Shown here: positions 41,675-47,641 of the stretch, in pieces
How positions within the stretch are numbered: the first letter of the stretch is position 1
Layout: the number at the start of each line of letters is the position of its first letter
NCBI GenBank assembly: GCA_037443365.1
Contig: JBBIOM010000016.1
Location: forward strand, 1 to 47,641
Source of the DNA: Armatimonadota bacterium
GTDB taxonomy: Bacteria > Sysuimicrobiota > Sysuimicrobiia > Sysuimicrobiales > Humicultoraceae
DNA: 47,641 nucleotides
Direction of reading: 5' to 3'
Position numbers and translations under genes: made by a program
The notes under the pieces: generated by a model
Database searches by the model: none
What the model was told of the DNA's origin: nothing
What the model saw: the letters and a program-made list of their open reading frames with translations, nothing else

Positions 41675-42553
41675 TTACAGCCAGTCGGGCGGATTCCCTG
41701 CCAGCATGTCTTCCGCGTCGGTCCTCGACCCGCGGTAGGGGCCGGGGTGCTCCATCTTCAAAGAGGTGACCGCGGCGGCGAAGCGGCACGCCTCGCCCGG
41801 GGATGCGTCCAGGCGCGTGGCCACGTAGGTGGCGAAGCAGGTGTCGCCCCGGCCGGTGCGCCCGCGCACCACGCGCGGGGTGAAGGCCGCCTCGAACAAC
41901 TCTCCTCCCGCACGAACGACGATCCCGCCCGCGTGCGTAAGCACCACCTCGCGCGGGCCCAGCGCGGCCAGGGCTTCGGCCGCCTCCCGGAGGTTGCTTC
42001 GCCCGGTGAGCACCTCGGCCTCGGCGTCATCGGACTTCAGGAACGTGACGCCGGCCAGGTCGGATGCCTTGCCGGGCCAGTCTTGGGTCACCAGCGTATC
42101 GCCCTGGCGCACCCGGACGAACCCCTGCACGTCGAGCCCGACCGGCCCTCGCGCCACCAGGTCCCGCACCAGGTCGGGTGTGATCTCGCCGGCCATCAGG
42201 GGAGTGATGATCGTGACGCGCGCGTCCAGGCGCGGGATCTCCTCAGAGGAGAACGGACCGGCGAACGCCATCGGCCGGCAGATCCGCCGGTCCATCTCCT
42301 CGCCCGGGTAGACGTTCTCGATGCCCGTGGTCTCGGGTGCCGCGAACGCCCAGACGGTGATCCCCTGGCTGCGCATCTCGTCAAGGAGGCCGAAATCGCG
42401 CGGGTGGAGGCGGGTGGCGACCGCGACGTCGTAACCCAGCCGGCGCAGCGCCATGGCTCCGTAGTAGACCCCGCCCCCGGACGCCATCTCCGTGACCCCG
42501 CGGAAGACCAGGCGATCCCTGGCGAAGTGCCCGATGAACGCGACGTCGGTCAT
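41675..42553 (-). CDS. PfkB/ribokinase family kinase
   Basis: IGH-ARD, GGGVYY, LDVQGFVR, EAEVLTG, GRTGRGDT. Confidence 0.83.
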   Translation of the reverse strand: MTDVAFIGHFARDRLVFRGVTEMASGGGVYYGAMALRRLGYDVAVATRLHPRDFGLLDEMRSQGITVWAFAAPETTGIENVYPGEEMDRRICRPMAFAGPFSSEEIPRLDARVTIITPLMAGEITPDLVRDLVARGPVGLDVQGFVRVRQGDTLVTQDWPGKASDLAGVTFLKSDDAEAEVLTGRSNLREAAEALAALGPREVVLTHAGGIVVRAGGELFEAAFTPRVVRGRTGRGDTCFATYVATRLDASPGEACRFAAAVTSLKMEHPGPYRGSRTDAEDMLAGNPPDWL

Positions 42554-42840
42554 CAGGGCTTCATCGAGGCGATGAAGGTGTCAATCGGGATGAGCGGCAG
42601 CGTCTGGATCTTCACGCTGCCGCGCGCGCCGAGCTCGATCGAGACGCGCGCCACGACTTCCGCGCTGGGCGCTTCCAGGATCGTGGCGAAGTCGAACGGA
42701 CCCAGCACGGCATACTGCGCCAGGACCCTGGCCCCCCAGGCCTCGACCTCCTGGTTGACCTCCTTTATCCTGGCCGGGTTCTTCTTGATGGTCTCGGCGC
42801 CCTCATCGGTCAGGTTGCTGAGCAGCAGATAGGTTCCCAT
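42553..42840 (-). CDS. GYD domain protein
   Basis: LSNLTDEG, YAVLGPFD, LGARGSV; RBS GGAGG. Confidence 0.82.
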   Translation of the reverse strand: MGTYLLLSNLTDEGAETIKKNPARIKEVNQEVEAWGARVLAQYAVLGPFDFATILEAPSAEVVARVSIELGARGSVKIQTLPLIPIDTFIASMKP

Positions 42841-42966
42841 GCGCCTGCCTCCCTGGCCTTTCGGATGCCCGGAGGACCGGTGCGCCCCCGGGACGAGCAC
42901 CTCCAGGATCCCTGCCCCGACACGATTCGATAGGAGTGGGGCATTCACCCCCCGAATGCTTCACTC

Positions 42967-45501
42967 ATGGCCATCGCAGATGACGCAGGGAACCGCGATC
43001 TCCGCGCCGGACGCAGGGTGCCCGCCGACCAGGTGCGCTGGACCTGCCGGCCGGACGACCTGCCCTTTCAGACCACGGCCGACCTCCCATCTGGGGAGAG
43101 CATCGTGGGGCAGGACCGGGCCGTCCGGGCGCTCGACTTCGGGCTTACCATCGCTCAGCCCGGCTATAACATCTTCGTGGCCGGGCCCGTCGGGACAGGG
43201 CGCACGACCTATACCCAGAGCCGGGTGGCGCAGGTCGCTGCCGCCCAGGAGGCGCCTTCCGACTGGATCTACGTGCACAACTTCCAGCGGCCGGACCAAC
43301 CCATGGCGATCCCGCTCCAACCGGGCGAAGGGTCGCGGTTCCGGCGCGAGACCGAGCGCCTGCTGGACGAGCTGAAGGACTCGATCCGCAAGCTGTTCGC
43401 CAGCGAGACGTTTGAGGCCAAGCGCAGCGGGGTCATTCAGACCTTCGAGCAGCAGGCGAACACGATCTGGCGCGACCTGGAGGCCGAGGCGCGGCGGCTG
43501 GGCTTCGCGCTCCAACGCACGCCTGTTGGAATAGCGACGATTCCGATCGCGCCGTCGGGAGAGCCGCTGGCCGACGAGCAGCTGGCCCAGCTCGCAGCCA
43601 CGCATCGCCAGGAGTTGGAGCGCAGGGCCAGGGCGCTGCAGGACAGCGTGGGCGACGCCACGCGCAAGGTGCGCGTCATCGAGCGGGAGGCGAAGGACGC
43701 CGTTCAGGAGCTGGAACGCTCGGCCGTCCTCTCCGTGGCCAGCCACGCGGTGGAGGCGCTCAAGCAGCGCTACGCCGCGCACGAGCGCATCGTCGGGTGG
43801 CTGGACGCCTTCCTCGCCGACGTTGTAGAGCGCCACGACGACTTCAAGGAGGAGGCGGCCCAGCAGCCGCAGCTCCCGTTCCTGCCGCGGCGCGCCGAGT
43901 TCACGCGCTACCAGGTAAATCTACTGATAGACAACAGCCAGACCCAGGGCGCGCCCGTGGTGCTCGAGCTGAACCCCACCTACTACAACCTCTTCGGGAA
44001 GGCCGAGTACCGCGGCGAGTTAGGCGCCATGGTCACCGACTTCACGATGATCAAGCCCGGGGCCATACACCGCGCCAACGGCGGCTACCTGATCGTGCAG
44101 GCACGCGACCTGCTGGTGGCGCCGTTCTCGTGGGAAGGCCTCAAGCGCATGCTGAAGAGCCGCGAGGTGCGCATCGAGAACATCGCCGAGCAGTACGGGA
44201 TGTTCGCGACAGCGACGCTGCGTCCCGAACCGGTCCCCCTGAACGTGAAGGTGATCCTCATAGGGTCATCGCTGATCCATCACCTCCTGTACCAGTTCGA
44301 CGACGACTTCGCCAAGCTGTTCAAGATCAAGGCCGACTTCGATGTGGACGTCGAGCGCACCCGGGAGTCCATGGTCGAGTACGCGCAGGCGATCGGGACG
44401 ATCTGCCGCCGCCAGGGGCTGCTGCCCTTCGACCGCGGCGCCGTGGCACGCACGCTCGAGCAGAGCGCGCGCATCGCCGACGACCAATACAGGCTCTCGA
44501 TGCGGTTCAACGAGATGGTGGACGTGATCTACGAGGCCGCGGCATGGGCCAGGGCCGAGGGCTCCCAGGTGGTCTCGGCGCCTCACGTCGTGCGCGCGAT
44601 CGAGGAGCGGATACGCCGCAGCAACCGGATCGAGGAGCGCATCCGCGACCTGATACGCAACGGGCAGATCCTGGTAAGCGTGGACGGTGCCGCAACCGGC
44701 CAGGTGAACGGGCTCTCGGTCCTGATGCTGGGCGACTACGCCTTCGGGAGGCCGTCGCGCGTGACCGCGCGCACCTTTGTGGGCGGCCGGGGAGTAGTGA
44801 ACATCGAGCGTGAGACGCAGCTATCCGGGCGCATCCACAGCAAGGGCGTCTTGACGCTGTCGGCCTACCTGGGCGGGAAGTTTGCGCGACGGCGCCCGTT
44901 GTCGCTGCACGCCTCGATCACCTTTGAGCAGACCTACGAGGAGGTCGAGGGCGACTCGGCCTCGTCCACCGAGCTGTACGCGCTGCTGAGCGACCTGGCA
45001 GGCACCCCGATAGACCAGGGGATCGCCATCACCGGCTCGGTGAACCAGAAGGGCGAGATCCAGCCGATCGGCGGCGTCAACGAGAAGATCGAGGGCTTCT
45101 ACTACACCTGCAAGGCGCTGGGGTTGACAGGCCGGCAGGGTGTGCTCATCCCCCACCAGAACCTGCGCAACCTGATGCTGAACGACGAGGTGGCAGCGGC
45201 AGTTGGTGAAGGCCGGTTTGGCATCTGGGCGGTGCGCTCGATAGATGAGGGCATCGAGGTGTTGACGGGGCTGCCCGCGGGCGAGGCCGACGATCAGGGG
45301 AACTTCCCCGAGGGCACGGTCAACTACCTGGTGGCCCGGCGTCTGGAGGAGCTGGCAGACCTGCTGCGGCGGTTCACGCCTCCGCGCGCGGCGCGCGAGG
45401 AAGGTGGGGCCCGCGAGGAAGCCGCCGGGCAGGAGCCGCCTCCCGACGCGCCTCCCGATGCGCCCCCGGACGCGCCCCCAGACCCTCCGGCTGGCGACTA
45501 G
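42967..45501 (+). CDS. Lon-like protease (LonC/AAA_32 type, peptidase S16)
   Basis: VGQDRA, YNIFVAG, NPTYYNLFG, HRANGGYL, GQVNGL, EGDSAS (Ser), GGVNEK (Lys). Confidence 0.88.
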   Translation: MAIADDAGNRDLRAGRRVPADQVRWTCRPDDLPFQTTADLPSGESIVGQDRAVRALDFGLTIAQPGYNIFVAGPVGTGRTTYTQSRVAQVAAAQEAPSDWIYVHNFQRPDQPMAIPLQPGEGSRFRRETERLLDELKDSIRKLFASETFEAKRSGVIQTFEQQANTIWRDLEAEARRLGFALQRTPVGIATIPIAPSGEPLADEQLAQLAATHRQELERRARALQDSVGDATRKVRVIEREAKDAVQELERSAVLSVASHAVEALKQRYAAHERIVGWLDAFLADVVERHDDFKEEAAQQPQLPFLPRRAEFTRYQVNLLIDNSQTQGAPVVLELNPTYYNLFGKAEYRGELGAMVTDFTMIKPGAIHRANGGYLIVQARDLLVAPFSWEGLKRMLKSREVRIENIAEQYGMFATATLRPEPVPLNVKVILIGSSLIHHLLYQFDDDFAKLFKIKADFDVDVERTRESMVEYAQAIGTICRRQGLLPFDRGAVARTLEQSARIADDQYRLSMRFNEMVDVIYEAAAWARAEGSQVVSAPHVVRAIEERIRRSNRIEERIRDLIRNGQILVSVDGAATGQVNGLSVLMLGDYAFGRPSRVTARTFVGGRGVVNIERETQLSGRIHSKGVLTLSAYLGGKFARRRPLSLHASITFEQTYEEVEGDSASSTELYALLSDLAGTPIDQGIAITGSVNQKGEIQPIGGVNEKIEGFYYTCKALGLTGRQGVLIPHQNLRNLMLNDEVAAAVGEGRFGIWAVRSIDEGIEVLTGLPAGEADDQGNFPEGTVNYLVARRLEELADLLRRFTPPRAAREEGGAREEAAGQEPPPDAPPDAPPDAPPDPPAGD
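45439..45483 (+). repeat. 12-bp tandem repeat encoding (PPDA)n in the Lon C-terminal tail
   Basis: cctcccgacgcg cctcccgatgcg cccccggacgcg cccccagac. Confidence 0.85.
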
Positions 45502-45509
45502 CGCCGGCC

Positions 45510-46553
45510 CTACCTGGTCCAGACCTGGCGGAACACGCGCAGGGCGTTTGCGCCCAGGATCTTGTGGATCTGCTCGGCGTTGTAGCCGCGGCGCAGCAGC
45601 CCCGCGGTCAGGTTCGGCAGTCTCGAAACGTCCTCGAGCCCGCGCGGGGTCTGCGGCATGCCGTCGAAGTCTGAGCCCAGGGCGACGTGGTTGACGCCCA
45701 TCGTCTTGACCATGTGGTCAATGTGGTCCAGCACGCGCTCCAGGGTTGCCTCGCCCAGGAACTCGTGCCAGAAGTTCACGCCGACCACGCCCCCGCGCCC
45801 TGCTATGGCGCGCAACTGCTCGTCGGTCAGGTTGCGCACGTGCGGCCGGAGCGCGGCCGCGTTGGAGTGCGACGCGATAATGGGCCCGCGCGTGGCGCGC
45901 AGCGTGTCCCAGAAGGTGGCCTCCGAGAGGTGGGACACGTCCACGATCATGCCCATCTCCTCCATGCGCCGCAGCACCGCCCGGCCCAGATCGGTCAGGC
46001 CGCCGTGGTCGCGCCCCTGCACGCCGTCGCCCAGCGGGTTGCTGGTGTTCCAGGTCGGACCCAGCATGCGCACGCCCTGGCGATAGAACTCGTCGAGGGT
46101 GCGGAGGTCGCGCCCCAGCGCATCGCCGCCGTTCTCCAGCGCCAGCACCGCCGCGATCCTGCCGGAGCGGCGCGCCTGCTCGATCTCCTCCACCGTGGTG
46201 GCGAGGCCGACCTGCGCAGGGCTGGCCGCGGCCGCGGTGTGGAAGGCCCGGAGCAGCTCCAGTGCCCTGGCTACCCCTCTGTGGGCTTCCTGAGGCGCGA
46301 TCCAGGCGGCGAAGACCTGGACGCTCACCCCGCCTTCGCGCAGGCGCGGCAGGTCCACGTGCCCGCGCGCCGACCGTTCGCCGAGCGTGCGCCGTCCTGC
46401 CTGGATGTCGAGGAGGGTATCGGCGTGCAGGTCAACGACAGTCGCGGACCTGTGCACCTCCGCGGCCGTGCTCTCCGCCTGACCGGCACCCAGCCCCTCG
46501 GGAGGTGCGCAAGTGAGGCCCGCCAGCACCAGGGCGGCAATTACCGCTCGCAT
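45510..46553 (-). CDS. Membrane dipeptidase (peptidase M19), exported
   Basis: Signal peptide; DLHAD, HVDLPR, DVSH, ASHS, RNL, GSDFDG, GAN. Confidence 0.9.
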   Translation of the reverse strand: MRAVIAALVLAGLTCAPPEGLGAGQAESTAAEVHRSATVVDLHADTLLDIQAGRRTLGERSARGHVDLPRLREGGVSVQVFAAWIAPQEAHRGVARALELLRAFHTAAAASPAQVGLATTVEEIEQARRSGRIAAVLALENGGDALGRDLRTLDEFYRQGVRMLGPTWNTSNPLGDGVQGRDHGGLTDLGRAVLRRMEEMGMIVDVSHLSEATFWDTLRATRGPIIASHSNAAALRPHVRNLTDEQLRAIAGRGGVVGVNFWHEFLGEATLERVLDHIDHMVKTMGVNHVALGSDFDGMPQTPRGLEDVSRLPNLTAGLLRRGYNAEQIHKILGANALRVFRQVWTR

Positions 46554-46629
46554 AGGGCTCCTCCTCTCGTGCCATCGTCGCTTGCGCAACTCATGCGGGT
46601 CCGGTTCGGGATCGGCCGGGAATACACAT

Positions 46630-46899
46630 GGCCGTGCACCCGCCTTCGACGACCATCTCCCGGACGGTATCCATGCCGCCTGCTCAGGTCAGGTTTCCCT
46701 GCGGCACACGGGGCGGCTGACGTACCGTTGCTCCCTTCCGGGCCTGGCGGGGTTGGTCAGTTCCCGTTGCACAGGACCCGGCCCTCGTCGCCGCGCGCAC
46801 AGGCCTGGCCCCACGAGATGGCGCCTCTGGGCGGGAGTTCAGCCCCGCTGTAGCGGATTGCGGGTACAGGGAACCGCTAGCTCCCCGCCTAGCACGGCC
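46630..46899 (-). ncRNA. ffs: Signal recognition particle RNA, large bacterial type with Alu domain
   Basis: Minus strand begins GGCCGTGCTAGGCGGGGAGCTAGCGGTTCCCTGTACCCGCAATCCGCT (scRNA Alu-like), contains helix 8 AACCCCGCCAGGCCCGGAAGGGAGCAACGG, and ends GCACGGCC, which pairs with the 5' end. Confidence 0.95.
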
Positions 46900-46905
46900 A
46901 AGGGA

Positions 46906-46914
46906 ATCATACCA
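46906..46914 (-). promoter_or_regulatory. Extended -10 promoter (TGgTATGAT) of ffs
   Basis: TGGTATGAT lies 6 nt upstream of the predicted SRP RNA 5' end. Confidence 0.7.
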
Positions 46915-47440
46915 CTGCTCGTGACGCTGGAGGAGAGGGGATGCGTGACGCGCGCGCATCGCACCGCCGAGATCGAGCTCGGGCCTCATCGGTTCGGGGA
47001 GACCGTCAACCTGAGCGTGCTGGCCGGCAACGAGCGCCTTTGCGTCGCGTCCGTTGAAGGCGTCCACGAGCTGCGCTCCGTGGGGGCGGTGGGGCAGCGC
47101 TCGCCGCTGCACAGCGGGGCCGCGGCGCGCGCCATCCTGCGACACGATCACGGACCCGGCTCGGTTGTGGGAGACCGTGTTGGAGACTCGCAGGACCGGC
47201 TACGTCATTACCACCGGCGAGCGAACCCCTGGGGCGACCTCGGTCGGGGCGCCCGTGCGGGACGCCTCCGGTGAGGTCATCGGCAGCATCAACATAACAG
47301 GGCCAACCGCGCGCATGAACGCCTACTCCGCCGACGCCCTTTCGGGCGCCGTGGTTGCAGCCGGGCTGGCGGTGTCACGCGCGCTGGGCTACATGCTCGC
47401 CCGAAGCAAGAGCGACGCGCCAAGAAGAGGGGGAATGTAG
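46915..47440 (+). pseudogene. IclR family regulator relic (HTH truncated, internal deletions, frameshift)
   Basis: LLVTLEERG...LGP joins directly to GETVNLSV; after PLHSGAAARAIL the frame changes at about 47140 to TITDP...GY...GATSVGAPVRD...INITGP. Confidence 0.8.
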
Positions 47441-47442
47441 GC

Positions 47443-47641
47443 ATGACCGGATGGCTGCACCTTGCGGCACCGCTGATTGTCGCACTGTCGCTTGCCGCGA
47501 CGCCCGTGCCCAAGACGATTCGGGTGGCGCTGCCGGCCCACCCCACACCGCTCGACCCCGGCAACCACCGCTCGCGCATCACCGAGACGATCCTGCGCAG
47601 GCAGTCGAGCGGCTCGCCCGGCGACACGGATGTGCTGGGCT
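47443..47641 (+). CDS. N-terminus of a family-5 ABC substrate-binding protein; partial at the window edge and possibly degraded
   Basis: MTGWLHLAAPLIVALSLA signal peptide, then TIRVAL..PTPLDPGNHRSRITETILR; AGAGGGGGA upstream. Confidence 0.55.
   Translation, partial: MTGWLHLAAPLIVALSLAATPVPKTIRVALPAHPTPLDPGNHRSRITETILRRQSSGSPGDTDVLG

Noticed and set aside
45439..45483. Tandem repeat as a possible CRISPR or mobile-element signature
   Set aside because: It is an in-frame 12-bp coding repeat with synonymous variation and no spacers.
46513..46914. 5' part of the 253-aa ORF 46513-47274
   Set aside because: It overlaps the SRP RNA gene; only the part after about 46915 is IclR-derived.

Overview
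High-GC, gene-dense chromosomal window made up mostly of metabolic and transport genes. I saw no CRISPR array, tRNA/rRNA, transposase or phage genes. In order: tyrosine phenol-lyase plus a SAM methyltransferase; a split corrinoid methyl-transfer cluster (MetH activation-domain protein, RACo/ASKHA activator, homocysteine methyltransferase, methyl-THF methyltransferase, DMT transporter) with no corrinoid-binding protein in the window; bacterioferritin; tandem phosphofructokinases with ATP-type and PPi-type signatures; a NodIJ-like ABC exporter; a peptide ABC importer; LLM, FAH, nitrilase and DsrE genes; alkaline phosphatase; an MFS/adenine-deaminase-like/nucleoside-phosphorylase-like operon with non-canonical active-site motifs; a class III aminotransferase; a NitT/TauT ABC importer with a PfkB kinase; a LonC-type protease; and an M19 dipeptidase. 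Signals the ORF track misses: a large Alu-containing SRP RNA (46630-46899, minus strand), a candidate structured sRNA between convergent genes (about 13951-14060), a recurrent sigmaH-like promoter motif (CAGG-N16-19-CGAA), and several gene relics that appear eroded by multiple internal deletions. The lineage is probably a high-GC Terrabacteria member, possibly Armatimonadota-related; this is inference only. All family calls come from motif recognition, not database searches.
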